DNA of 61,359 bases, counting the filler. It is 7 parts of 7 records of this genome, joined end to end, with 100 filler letters (N's around TTAATTAATTAA, not from the genome) between each part and the next. Parts side by side here need not be neighbours in the genome. Positions count along the whole stretch, not along the records: positions 7,077 to 20,784 come from SRR7504441_987; positions 20,885 to 33,188 come from SRR7504441_988; 5 more parts are not named here. The stretch is one strand, 5' to 3'. A model generated the notes under the pieces. The model was not told where the DNA came from and did not search any database. It saw nothing but the letters and a program-made list of their open reading frames with translations. A program made the position numbers and the translations under genes. Positions 11,286 through 23,643 of the stretch are shown here, in pieces; position 1 is the stretch's first letter, and each line of letters begins with the position of its first letter.

Positions 11286-12357
11286 ATGTCAGGGTGGGAG
11301 CCGCTGACGGCAGACGGTCCGGCGGGGTGGGGTCCCTCGGTGCTGCTCTGGCGGCTGCGGCTGCTGGGGCTGGCGCCGTCTGGCCCGGCCGTTAGGCTGG
11401 CGGCGGGCGGGCTGCTGGTTTTCTCTCTATGCACTCTCGCCATCAAGGTCGCCCAGGTGCCCGCGCCACCCGCTGCCACGCTGAGCCCTCTCCGTGCAGC
11501 TGGGCCAGGACGATGATAACCTGGACAGATACATGGACGGGCTGGCCGCACTCCCGGCAGCCGCAGGGCTGGTGGCCTGGTGGTTCGCCTGGTGCGTGGT
11601 CCAGCCAGACATCTACGGCCGGGCGCTCCCGCCGGCGGCCGGGCCGCGGCTGAGCGGGACGGAGATGGCGATGACGGCGAGCAGCGGGATGCTCACTGTG
11701 TGTCTGGCCGTGGGTGGCTGGGAGCGGGGCCATTCGCTCGGAGAGCGGATGGCGCTGCTGGTGCTGTTCCTGCTCCTGTCGACGGTAGTGACGCTGCCTC
11801 AGATCGCCGTGATCGGTCTGCTTCAGCTGCGCTGCGTGGGGTGCGAGCAGAAGCTTGATGAGCACGTGGCCTGCCCTGGGCCGCTGCGCCCGCTGCATGC
11901 GCGAGTGGAGGCAGCTGCCAGGGAGTGGAGGGCGTACTTGGCCTGCAGCAGCTCAGTCTGTGCTGCCACTGTTGTGCTGAACGCGCTGCTGGTGCTCTTG
12001 GCGGACAACAAAGACAGCCCCGACGGGCACAACGCAGTCCGGGCAATACCGCTGGTCGGCTTTTCGGTCTTCTTTACTGTGGTGCTCTTAGCGCAGCTAG
12101 TGCCTGTGGCACTGCTAAATCGGAGGCTGCTTACATCCCCGGAGAAGGCTGTTTTAGACCTGGATGAGGCTGACTCGGCTGAATGCGGCGATCGTATGAT
12201 GCTCAAGCTGCTTGCCCTGCGCGCTTGCCCTCCGCGTTTCCGGATTCTTGGGTTTGCGATCATGCCATCGACACTGGTAAAGGCTTTCATCAGCATTTTG
12301 AGCGGTAACATATTGGCGTTGGTTTACTCAAGCATCAAAGGATCGTTGCATTATTAG
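11286..12357 (+). CDS. Seven-TM protein resembling gustatory-receptor-like (GRL/7TMIC) ion channels; exons 11286-11456 and 11500-12357, 342 aa
   Basis: 43-nt GT-AG intron at 11457-11499 with GCTGAG branch motif; N-terminal LLWRLRLLGLAP; six hydrophobic helices, a long loop between TM4 and TM5, and a split last helix PPRFRILGFAIMPSTLVKAFISILSGNILALVY. Confidence 0.6.
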
Positions 12358-12486
12358 CGATTAAAAGTAGCGTGTATTACCACTACTATTACCACGACAT
12401 ACGCAGTAATTACGAACGATGTTGTCTGCACGCGACGCGTCCCCCCTTTGGTTTGTGCCCGTCGGCTATACTTGTAAATGTATCGC

Positions 12487-13510
12487 CTACCTGCCCAGCA
12501 AGTCTTCATCGTCGCTGCTGATGGGTTTGCACTTCGAATTCAACTGCGGAGACGGGGATGGAGTCCTCGCCTTCTGACTGCGGAATTCTGCCCCTGCCCC
12601 TGAGACGCCAAGCGTGCCCGGCCGCACCAAGCTCTGCTGCCCTCCTTTCAGCAACAGCTTTCTCCCGTTCGAGCTGCGCGATTCGTTCCTTGGCCTCCCT
12701 AAGCTCGTCCATGGCAGCCACCTCCTGAGCCTGATCGGAGCCTAGAGCTTCTTCGCAGGTTTCTCCTTCTGCTGCCCCCTTGTCCTTCTTCTTCTTCTTC
12801 TTCTTCCCAGACTTCTTGCTGGGCTCGACCGCGGGTGGCCCGAGGCACATCTCGTCCCATTCTTTCTCTTTGGCCCTCACATTCGCGGCTTTCTCCGAGT
12901 TTTCTATGTCAACCAGCAGCGCCTGGCAGAGCACCTCGAGCGAGCGGGCCGCCGCGTCGGGGCTGGTTAGGAAGATCTCTATAATCCGCTTGTGCTTCAC
13001 TTGACTCCTCCGCCGGCCTCGGCTGCCCTTGCGTGGTATCGTCAGAGTATTGGAAGAGTCTTGTGGGTCGACATAGACCAGGCTGTCTTCGGCCAGGATT
13101 ATCTGAAGCACCCGCTTGTTCTTGTCCGGGCCCTGTCCGTCCGAGCTGCCCTCGGGCCGGCTGGGTCGGCTCACCCAGCCCGCGATGGCGAACGGCGAGA
13201 GGACCTCGATCGGAGCCTCGTCCTTCTTGCGCCAGGGGCTCGACGGCATGCAATTGTAGATCTCGGCGTGGCTCTTCGTGACCCTGTCCGGAGCTCGCCC
13301 CGGCGGGACCGGCACGCCACACCTCAGCAGGACCGCTGTGTCTTCGTCCAGCTTCTGGGTGGAGTCATGCCGAATCCTGCCATAGTAGTCGTGCGGCTGG
13401 TCCACTCGGAGGGTCGGGCTGTCCGGGATGGGTAGATCATACCCGGCCGGGATGGACCCGTTCCCCCTGTGGGGTGGCCCCTTGTTCCCCCCGTTCCCCC
13501 CGTTCCCCAT
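12487..13510 (-). CDS. Hypothetical protein with a Lys-rich (NLS-like) segment and C-terminal coiled coil; probable ~40-nt intron near 12590-12630
   Basis: Long ORF 12506-13510 with SKKSGKKKKKKKDK and ELREAKERIAQLEREK; a GTGCGG...GGGCAG intron gives an alternative end ...SSDDEDLLGR*. Start is uncertain. Confidence 0.55.
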
Positions 13511-14036
13511 ATTGAGTGAAGGTGCGCCTCAGGAGCTCGGATGCCACCCGTTCAAGAGCGCCACCCAGTTCAATCAGGCCCAACCGACACCTTGGATCGT
13601 GTTGGATGGACTCGAAACCTGCTCGGTAGAACATGGATGATGCGTATTCGAATACGGGCCCGGGGCAGTAGTATTCTACTCTTCTGCTCAATCTAGATCT
13701 CGATATTTATCCAATTATAACTGCATTTAGATTCTGAGAGGCCGAGAGGCTTAGGTCGATCGATCTTCCAAGATTTGTTCCGGCCCGAACACGCCGAACA
13801 AGTAATTAATTTAGTAGGCGTCGCTGAGCTTGGGTGCATGCGAGCAGGAGCAGTGCCCGTATCCGGACGCGATGATCTAAGACATAGCTGTTGGTACGGC
13901 GCGCAGCGCGCACCGCAATGTATTGTCATCGGAGTGATCGAGTGATCGGACTGATCACGTGATCAGATGGCCACGGACGGCTGTGACGCACTAAAAACGG
14001 AAAAGATCGCCGCCCGGGCGCGAACCGGACGAGAAG

Positions 14037-14777
14037 ATGGCAGAAGAAGGACAGGCGTTCCTGGTGGAAAACAAGGAGAAGGACGGAGTGATCACTCTGC
14101 CCTCAGGACTGCAGTACAAAGTGCTGGAGGAGGGCGGTGGACTTCAGCATCCGACAGTCGACTCACCCTGTGAGTGCCACTACGCCGGGCGGTTGCTCGA
14201 TGGGACCGAGTTTGACTCTTCCTACAAGCGAGGCGCCCCGACCACCTTCGCACCCAACCAGGTGATCAAGGGCTGGACGGAGGCGATGCAGCTGATGGTG
14301 GTGGGCGACAAATGGGAGATGTACATTCCTATGGAGCTGGCCTACGGCCCCAACGGCAAGCCACCGACGATCCCACCGGCTGCTACCCTCATCTTCGTGG
14401 TGAGGCACACGCCCTGGGCTGTGGGGCCCTGACGCGTCTGTGCGGTGTCGCAGATGGAAATCGTGAAGATCAAGGGCAGCAAGGTCAACAAGGTGATAGA
14501 GTTCCCGGAGTGGAGCCCAGAGGAGCTCGAGCTCTGGCAAGACAAGGACGAGGCGGCTTGCCAGCAATGGCGCGAGGCCAAGTCCACCAAGTGGGAGGCC
14601 GGCGATGAGAAGCTCACCGCGACGTACGCTACCCGGGAGGAGCTGGACGCGTGGCTGGACAAGCAGTGCCTCGCCTCCAAGAATAACTCTTTGTGGAAGC
14701 GGACCCGGGCTGCAATGAAGAAAGCAAACGCAGATGTAGCAGAGGCGGCTGAGGAGTGCTGCAGCGCAGGCAAATGA
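14037..14777 (+). CDS. FKBP-type peptidyl-prolyl isomerase (Mip/FkpA-like N-segment) with a ~100-aa helical C-terminal extension; intron 14400-14453
   Basis: FLVENKEKDGVITLPSGLQYKVL, HYAGRLLDGTEFDSSYKRG, VIKGWTEAMQLMVVGDKWEMYIP.ELAYG, IPPAATLIFV|MEIVKI joined across a 54-nt GTGAGG...CTGAC...GCAG intron. Confidence 0.92.
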
Positions 14778-15277
14778 GGTTAGTCGGCCGAACAGCCCTG
14801 CCCTGCTCGATCCTAGACTCATAACAGACAACATTAGCGCCAAATGATAGTGGCATCGCACGAGCCCGCGAGGGAAGCATGCTACCTGAACGCTCTCAAT
14901 TAATTAAAAGTTATGTAGCAAGTTTACGAATAGGTACTTGTACTCAGAATCGCCAGTTGTCAGTCTCTGATCCAGCCTCTATAAAGGCTCGGAAATCGAA
15001 AATGTCAAAAGTTAGTCAAAAGTCTCACCAATTTATTACGTCGTTATACTCGTACTTGTACACATGAAATGCATGTGTCGTGGTGAACTCCTGAGCACTA
15101 AACCCGTGCTAAACTGTACTTTATGTCCGTGCTTCACGATTTAATCAAGACGTATACGTAGTCTCTTAATTATTGATTAATATTATGCTCATCCCCGCGG
15201 AGCCAGATCTGATGTGGATTATCAGCGAAATCCATGCTTACACTGCAGACCTTGTCGAATCTTCACACCCAGTTCGT

Positions 15278-18200
15278 TCAGCACGCGGCCTGAAGCCCGC
15301 GCGAGTACTGAGGGCTGTTAAACAGCTCGAAGGCCTCATTGAACTCGGTGGCGGCCGTGCTGAAGTAGGGCGCTAGCTCCTTCATCTCAGGTGCGTGCTC
15401 TCCAATCTGTTGCAGACTGGAGGCTGTTGCCTTGAGGATCCCACCAAAAGTCTTGAGGTTCTCATAGCAGGTGGCCTCGGAGATGCAGTTGCCGCGGAAC
15501 AGCTCGCGCTTCTGGCCATGCTTACAGAAGTCCAAGATGTAAGAGTTGAGCGGCTTCTGCTCCCTCGGCATGAACGCTGGAATCATTGAGCTCTGGATCG
15601 CAAGGTCGGTGTGGCAGCACAGCGCCAGCTCTTCAGCAGAGGCAAACTCGTCACTGCCGCCGCTCAGAGCCACGAACGGCGAGCACACGGCCGGTTTGAC
15701 GGCGACGACGCCACTCGGCACCACTGCAGCGCTGGCCGACTGGCCGCAGTCGGGGAGGTGAGTGAAGGGCATGCTGCAGCTGGACGCCACTTGACTGGCC
15801 TCACACTCGAGCCTGAGCGAGTGCACGAATGTGCCCAGGCAGTCGCTCTCTAGCTCGCTCAGAATCTGGGCAATCCACTCTGGCATCGGATCCATGAGCA
15901 CAAGGGACGGTCCCTGGTGCCCTTCGACTTCAATCTGCTCAACCAGCGACGGGTGGAGCTCCACTTTGCAGAACAGGTAGCTCAACACACGGACTATCTC
16001 CCAGGTCGGCCGACGGGCCACAGCGAGCAGCTGATGGAAGGCGCCAGACTGCAGCAGCCGGACCAGCCCAATGTTGGCAGGTTCAGTCCAAAACAGATGG
16101 GTGGCCAACCCAGCCAAACCGATTGGCACTCCGCTAATCGGGTCCACCATCCCCAGCTGCACCAGAGTGCGGACCACAGCACTGAAGATCAAGCGGGCCT
16201 GGCGCTGGTGGTTCTCGTCGATGTGGCACATCAGAGACGCCTCGAGCACCCGCAGCGAGTTAGCCAGCACCCCTTGCTGGACCGCGTTTGGCGCAGCATA
16301 CCGGCTGCGGCTGTCGGTCAGTTCAGCCTGGAGCAGGAGCAGCCGAAGCACTCGTGTCATTGTGATAGGGAACCGGCCGCGCAGCCGCGGGACCGGTGCT
16401 AGTAGAAGCCGCTTGGATCGGCTAAATGGGATTCCGAAGAAAACAATCTCGCCAGTCGGGTCGAAGCCGCGACGGCCAGCACGACCGCTCATTTGCCGGA
16501 ATTGCAGCGCATTGAGGAAGACAGACTCGCCCGCAAACACCACAGCTTTGCATGGCATATGAATACCGTATGCAAGAGTACCGGTGGCAACAACAACCTT
16601 CAGGTGCTTCTCCCTAAAGAGGATCTCGACAGCTTGACGGTACTTCGTGGGCAACCCGCTGTGGTGGATACCGATGCCACGCCTCATGGCGCGCACATAA
16701 ATGCTCGAGTCCTCCATCCGAAGGCTACGGATCGTTTGTTGCAGGCCTTCTTCACTGATGCGGTCCTGGGCAAGAGTGAATGTGAAATCCGGATCGGGCA
16801 AGTCTGGGTTGGCACTGAATGTGTGCCCATCGATCTTTATGAACTGCTGCTGCCTAACTGGGCTGTCGTACTGCGACTGCAAGTCGTCGTCGTCATCTTT
16901 CTTATTCCGAGCAGCTCGCTCAGCTGCTTTCTGAGCTTGCTGGTTCTCCTTCTCTAGCCGTTGGTTGATGCTTTGCAGCTGGTCGGCATACACACTCCGC
17001 CGTTCTGCCTCTGCGCGTTCGAGGTCTTCAAGAGCTCGAGTCAGGAGCCGCATGCACCCAGAGCGATCGAAGTTGAAGACAAGCACAGGCAAGCTCCCGC
17101 GATCCCTCAGAGAGTGGAGCAGAGGCGAGAAGTTGTCGCAGAGCGTCTCCATCTTTGTCGTACTTGTGTCGACACCGTCGACTGAACCCCTGAACTGCGA
17201 CAGGACTCCCTCAAAGAGCTCCGGTCTATCCTTTGCCCATGATTGCAGTGTGCCCTTGATCCTCCTCTCGTAGGCACGTGTCTCCGGATGAATAATCCTA
17301 GTCTTGTTTGAAAAGTATTCCTCCGGAGCGGCCCAGCTAAGTTGAGACATCCTCTCGGATCGCTCTGGTTCCTCCAGGTGCTCCACCGAGGTACACATGG
17401 CATCATACACAGCTATGCTCTCAGCAGGTGCGAAAGTGACAGGACCCCACCCGTTCGTTGTCACAATGGCAGTGGTGACAGTAGTGATCGGGTGCAGCGG
17501 GACCATCTTTTGATAGTCGGCGCATTCAGGGTCACATGGATAACACTTGTAATGCAGATCAGACCACCTTTCAGTGTGCACAATCTGTGCCACATGGTAG
17601 TGCTCTTCGGGCTTGAGTGTGTCATTTTCCATGTCCTGTTGTCGCTGCATGTGCTTGCTGAATTGCATCCATCCGTGGAATTCCTCGACGTTGCCGATTG
17701 TGGCCGACAAGGCCAACATTGGGCAGGGCATGTACAGCATAGTGCGCTCCAAGACTCCGCCGTCTGCTTCTGAAACGCAGTGGACCTCATCGAAAATACC
17801 TGTCCTGTCTTTAGAACACGAGCCACCACGGGCAGCACTCACAGTATTTAATGTGATCCACCCAGGCGCGATTGGCGGGGCTCAGCACGAGGATCTCCAG
17901 GCAAGCGGGCACAGTAATGAGCACTCGACAGCTCATAGGGCGGTAGCGGTAGTCTCTGGTGAAGACGCCAAACACTGTGCCAAAGTCCTTGTAGACTTGA
18001 GCTTGGACTTGGTTGACAAGCGCCTTAGTAGGAAGCACAAAGACTGCCACAGCGTGCTCATCCTCGCTTTGGAGCACTTGCTGAATCACCTGTCACAGAG
18101 GCTCAGATCGCAGGGAGATCCTGGAGGACATACATAGGAGGCGATGAAAGTCTTGCCACTGGATGTGGGGGCACAGATGAGTGCAGATGAGCCAGCATCG

Positions 18201-20760
18201 ACAGTGTCCAGCAGGTTACGCTGCCAGTCATCCGGACGGAAACTCTGTACGCGCTGGTCTTGGGTCGAGTTTGTGTTCCTTGGCAGCAGGTGGGCCATGT
18301 GCTCCAGCTGAAATCGCTGAATGCTGCAGCCAACGTCGCACGCCTGTGATGGAAGGTTGGGAATGCCATGCTTGGGGTTCCGCGGTGATGGGGCTGGTAA
18401 GCCAGTGATGTCTGTGGCAAAACCAAGCACCGAGAGGGCATCGCAGGCATGTGTGAGCGGCACAGGCTCTTTGAGCATCTGGTCGATTGAAGTTGCGGCC
18501 TCAATCACCAGTTGAACAATCTCAACTGCGCGATTGATGGCAGGGGTCTGTGCAGAATCGTGCACAGACGCGGCCCAGGCTTGAACGAGGATGCTGATGT
18601 GGAAGCAGAACTTCTTTATGCGCACTTCAGTCGAGCAAAAGTCCGCCATCAGCACGTGGATCATCTTGAGCTTCTCGTCCAACTGGTCGGCTGGCTTGAT
18701 GGCCTGGATCTTTGTGTGAGCCGACCTGTATCGCTCCAGTTCCTTGGTGGCATTGCGCTGCATATCGGCGACCTCCTTCTCCTTGAGGATTTTGGCAGCC
18801 TTGCTTGATGTCTTCTTGCCCTTCTCGCTTGCCTTGTCTTTCTTCCCGACCACCTTCTTCTTGTGATAGATGGCACCAAACAGCGTATCGGCCTGCTTCT
18901 TGATTGCACGCATCAGCAATTGGTCCCCCCGCGCTCGGTTCACTTCAAGCCAGGCGTGGATCTGCTCTCTCAGCTTGCGCTTCATTCCCGGCACCTCCTT
19001 GGCTTTTGACCACTGCTTCTCAGTGAATTGGATCTCATTAAGCTTCCTAGCAAGCGTCTTCTTCTGGTGCCGCCGCAAGGCCCAGCTGCCGTCGCTGAGC
19101 AGCTCCTCAAAGCTTTGGTCCTGCCCCAGGCCAGTCAGCACCCGCCAACCAGCCCACTCACCGCCGCCTGACGCGAGTCCTCTGCAGTCAGCTCAGCCTT
19201 GGAGTGCGTGTAGAAGGCAGGCTCCAGCGGCACTTGCAGTGGCAGATCTGTGTGCCAATGCGAATTCTCATGGAACTGGCCAGGGACCTCAGCGGCTGGC
19301 TCAGTGGCTGTGACATCGTTGGCTGCCTCAGCATTGTCGGTAGACTCCTTCTCCTCCTCCTCCTCATCGTCATTTTCCCAGTCGTCAGCCACGTCATCAT
19401 CATCGTCATCCTCCCAGGATTCTTTCACGTCATCGTCGTCCTCCCAAGAATCAGCCACGCCACCATCGTCGGCTTTCTCTTCCGCCTCGCCTGGTGCAGC
19501 CTCCTCAGCAGGAGCCGGCTCGGCAGCACAAGGTGCCGCCCGTGGTTCTAGGCGGAGATACGAGTCAATCAGAGCGTTGCTGGGCAGAGCCAGCGTAGCC
19601 AGCTCCTCCTCGGGCTCGGCGGTTGGTTCTTCGTCCACTGGTGCCTTGGCGTCGCCAGCGGTGCATTTCTCGCCACTCTCGAGGATGGTGGCCACCGCCT
19701 CCCAGCAGTGCTGAGCAGAGTCAGATCGAGCAAATGCTGCATTGAGAGCCTCTTCGGACATGCCGGCAAACCCAAAGAAGGCACGGCCGTCGAACAGGTC
19801 CACGCTGCATCCGGAGGCAGGCGACTGCTCTATGAGGCTGAGCAGGTACAGTACGACCCCATGTGCAAAGCCGACTGCGTAATCTCTGAAAGCCTGCACG
19901 AACTCAGTTTTGAACGCAAACGCGCGCTGAGCAAGTCCAGCCTGCTCAATGCAGACCGCGTGCATGACGAATGCGCGGGCCAGGTGGTTTGTCGTTTCGC
20001 CCAGCTGATTGAGCATCGAGGCCACAGCGCACGCCACCAGCTGGAGCCTTGGCGAGAGCCGGCTGTCCGGAGTGTATGCCAGCGGGTCGGCAATCGGCAG
20101 CTGGGGCAGTATCTCGAACAGGTATTGGACGAACGGGCTCGTGTTGCTTGTCTCGACCTTTTTCTTCTTCCGAGTGGCAAAGCCCTCGATCCGGTCATCG
20201 TTAAACGAGAGGCCCTCAACAAACACGCACGTGACGCCCAGCTCGTAGATGCAGTGCGATAGGAAGGTCCGGAGCAGCAGCTGGAGGTATCCCTCGGCCT
20301 GCTCAGCGTCCGAGAGCAGCAGAAAAATTGGAGCGGTCTCGTGCACGAATTCTCGCCAATTCGGATCACAGCAAGAGCTGAACTCAAGGTGCAGCTTGCC
20401 CTGCCGTTGGTCAGCCATCGCCTGCTGCAGGTCTTGGATCAGAGTGGTCCGGAGCAGCAGCTGGACGGGATCCTGCCCATAAAGCGCCGAATTGGACTCA
20501 AAGAAAACGATGTGGTACGGTGCGCCGGTGGTTGCAAGCTGATCAATCAGCTTGTTGAACAGATAGGCCGCGTGCAGCGGCTGCCCGCCGTGCGACTTGT
20601 CCAGTCGCGCGTCCCGCAACACGTGGCACAGCAGCGCGTCAGCATCAACAATAAACGGCTCGGTCGTGTCAGACAGAAGCTCGATTAACCTGGGTCTGCT
20701 GTGCCTGTAAACCTTGGCTACCAGGTCACGGGTCCGGACGCACTCAGCCGGCACCGCCAT
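15278..20760 (-). CDS. DDX60: DDX60-like Ski2-family DEVH-box RNA helicase (~1780 aa), three GT-AG introns of ~41-44 nt
   Basis: N-terminal FIVDADALL..GGQPLHAAYL (DDX60 N-domain), FQLEHMAHLLPR, FRPDDWQRNLLD, APTSSGKTFIASY, LPTKALVNQV, YC|IFDEVH, LALSATIGN, RGIGIHHSGLP, ATGTLAYGIHMP, QMSGRAGRRGFD. Confidence 0.9.
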
Positions 20761-20784
20761 TACCTCTACAGGGGCTGGCTGGCC

Positions 20785-20884
20785 NNNNNNNNNNNNNNNN
20801 NNNNNNNNNNNNNNNNNNNNNNNNNNNNTTAATTAATTAANNNNNNNNNNNNNNNNNNNNNNNNNNNNNNNNNNNNNNNNNNNN
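20785..20884. other. Artificial contig spacer
   Basis: N44-TTAATTAATTAA-N44. Confidence 0.99.
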
Positions 20885-21184
20885 GGCACCGGCGGCGAGC
20901 CCGCTCCCACCCGATCGACCGACCGACCGCCAGAAGCGCCTTGAGCGGCTCGAGCGCCTCGCGCCACGGACTGGCCTGTCCAGCCACCTCAGCGGCCCGG
21001 CCGGCAAGGCATGGGCGCCCGGCCGGCGGTTTGGCCCGAGCGGATCGCCCGCTTCACCCGCGCCTCGTCCAGCTGGTCCCGCCTGATTGCCATGGATGTT
21101 GTTGCAACTGTTCGCTGCCGTTGCGCGTGGTCCCAACTGCCAGGCCTCGGCGGCTGCAGGGGCACGTCTGCTGGACAGCGCGGG

Positions 21185-22568
21185 ATGGGGGACCACGTCC
21201 TCCGAGTAGGCTCTCCAGGAGGCCAACACGATGTCAACATCGTGCTGCTCGGCGACACCGGTGTGGGCAAGGCGCCTGCCCGCCACCGCCCACCGCCGAC
21301 CGGCCCGGGCAGACCAGCCTGCTCTACCGCTTCCGCCGGGATTCATTCAACGAGAAGGTGGCCACCCGGCCTGGCCGAGCTGACCGGGCTGGGCAGGAGC
21401 GGGCCAGCCTGAAGATCGAGACGGTGCGCCACGCTGGCGGCTGCCGGCTGAGCCGAGGGGCAGGTCGAGCACCAACTGGCGGACCCGGTCGGCTGCCCAG
21501 GGGCCGGTGCCGGGGCTCAGCCTGGGCCAGGAGAAGAAGCTCCAGCTGACCTCGACCCAGATGACCGCGCTGGGCGGGGAGGCCGTGCTGCTTAGGATTG
21601 TGTGTTCACGGCTGGCGCTCGGCTGACTGGTGCGGCAGAGCGACGTGGCGGGAGGGATCGGCGTGACGGCATCGGATAAGATTTCGTACCTAAAGCAGGC
21701 CGGTGTGGGGGGAGTGATGCTCGTGTTCGATGGGTCCAGGCCCTGGAGCGACTCCGTGGTGCGCCCGGGCTCCCGACGGCTATGGGAGCTCGGGTCAGGC
21801 GTCTCTTCTCAAATGGCAGACGAAATTTATAGAGAAACACGCCCCACAGGCTCGGCCGGCTGGCGTGCGGCTGGAGCCAGGGGCAGGCGGCGGTCCTGGT
21901 TCTGGCAAATAAGACCGCCGGCGAGCAGGTGCCGAGCCGGCCCGGTGCTGCTACTTCTCAGGCCTGGCCCAGGAGAGCTCCGGCCAGCGGCGGGGCGGCA
22001 AGTTGTTTGTTTTCAGCGACGGCCAGGCAGACTGCTCCCGTCGGAAGTAGCTCAGTCGAGGGCCGGCAGGACTTTGTGCAGCGCTGGAACGAGGACCGGG
22101 CCGACAAGGAGGCGCTGCGGCGCAAGTCTAGTGGGATCGTGCTTAGGAATACACTCGAGGAAAACCCGGCAGCGCCAGGTACTCTACCCTAGCCCTGCCT
22201 GGTTATAGGGATGCGCGCAGTTGAGTTCTTGACTGCGAGTGCCAAGACCGGTGTCCACGTTTCAAAGGTGAGAGCTTTGTGCATAGCTCTTGAACGAGTG
22301 TGGCAGGCGTTTCACCAGCTGGCTTCGGCGGTCATGCAGCGCAGGCTGGGCGGCAGTCGATGGAGCGGTCAATCTCGCCCGGTCGACTGGCCTGACACGT
22401 GGTTGACAGAGCCAGCTCAACCGATGGAGGTGGACACGATACAGCGGCCAGTGCCGGATGGGCTGGCGGCTGGCAAGGTCGGTTCCTGCAGGTACAGATG
22501 GTCATCTTGTGTGGCAGGGAGACGACAAGGGCGAGGATGCATGCTGCGCCAAGTGCGCGCTGATGTGA
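21185..22568 (+). CDS. Divergent Ras-superfamily (Rab-like) small GTPase with C-terminal CC and CaaX (CALM); ~13 introns of 37-44 nt, three of them GC-AG
   Basis: Spliced model gives IVLLGDTGVGK|TSLLYRF (G1), LLRI|SDVAGG (G3), GVMLVFDGS, AVLVLANKTA (G4), FLTASAKTG.HVSK|AFHQLA (G5), DACCAKCALM*. Start codon is tentative. Confidence 0.8.
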
Positions 22569-22827
22569 TCAACGAGGCGGTTCGTGACCATGGGCGGCTG
22601 ACTGGTTGCTAAACTCAATCTTAGTTACTTACTTCAAATGCATGTTGTGATTGAATAGATCCAACGCATTTGTGAGTGCGTTCCCGAGAGATCCGATCAT
22701 CTCTCAAAGATTGTGTGTGCACGAGTTTGTGATTACAAGCATGCGTCTATAGAAATTTGATTTACGCTCCCGTCCCTAAAGAGTAAACTTGACATGTACT
22801 AGTATTATTAACTGTGTGATACCGTAG

Positions 22828-23643
22828 CTATCTTCGGCCTGCCCCCGTCGAGCCCATAGATCTTGTCGATGACCCAAAGCTTTGGCTACCCCCTGCAGTT
22901 GCCGCACGCTGCCTCAAGTTGTAGAGCCCATCCTACAAAATAGGCCTCAGGCCAGCACCGGTCGCCCGCCCACCGCGGAGCCACGCGCCACCACGGGAGC
23001 ATTGCCCGGGTGCCAGCCCTTCGACGGTTGCACCGCGCGGCCAACTTGTAGTTCCCTGCCGCACTCGCCCCCTTCAGGTCCTTCTCGAACCCCTGCCCAC
23101 CCCAGTCAACAGAGCCGGCAGGCGGTCAGAGGGTCGAACCGATTTGTCAGTGGCTGCAGCGGTCAGAAGCTCCCTAATCCGACCCACCGACCCAGCTGCC
23201 TGCCGGCTGAAGCCCTTTGACGGGGCCAACTGTTTGAGCTTCCCCAGCTGCTTGCTCAACTCCTCGCCCCGCCCAAAATCGTGCGCATTCGCCGCCTCCT
23301 GCCGCGCCCGCTCGGCGATCACCGCGTAGCCTCGCCGGAACTGGAGCAGCCGCTGCCCGGCCGCAGCCGCCTCGTCGAAGTCCCTCTCCAGCAGCGCGGC
23401 GGTCCGTTGCTCACTCAGCGCGGTCAGCTTTTGGTCGAGCTCTGGGCCGTCCAGCAGCGCCGCCGGCTGCTCCTGCTGGACCACGAACTGGGGCTCCTCC
23501 TCCTCCTCCTGGACTGGCTCCTCCTGGACTGGCTCCTCCTCAAACTGGTCGTCGGCGTACTCGACCTCCTCAACAGGCTCGTCCTGCACCGACCCGGCCG
23601 GCGAAGTCTCCCAGGTGGCGTCCTCGCCCACCTCCTCGGCCAT
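22828..23643 (-). CDS. Hypothetical protein: acidic N-terminus plus short helical repeats resembling UVR domains; spliced 3' end
   Basis: MAEEVGEDATW..., EEEPVQEEPVQEEEEE; repeats ALLERDFDEAAAA, AANAHDFGRGEEL, ASAAGNYKLAARC. The 3' exon structure is uncertain. Confidence 0.5.
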
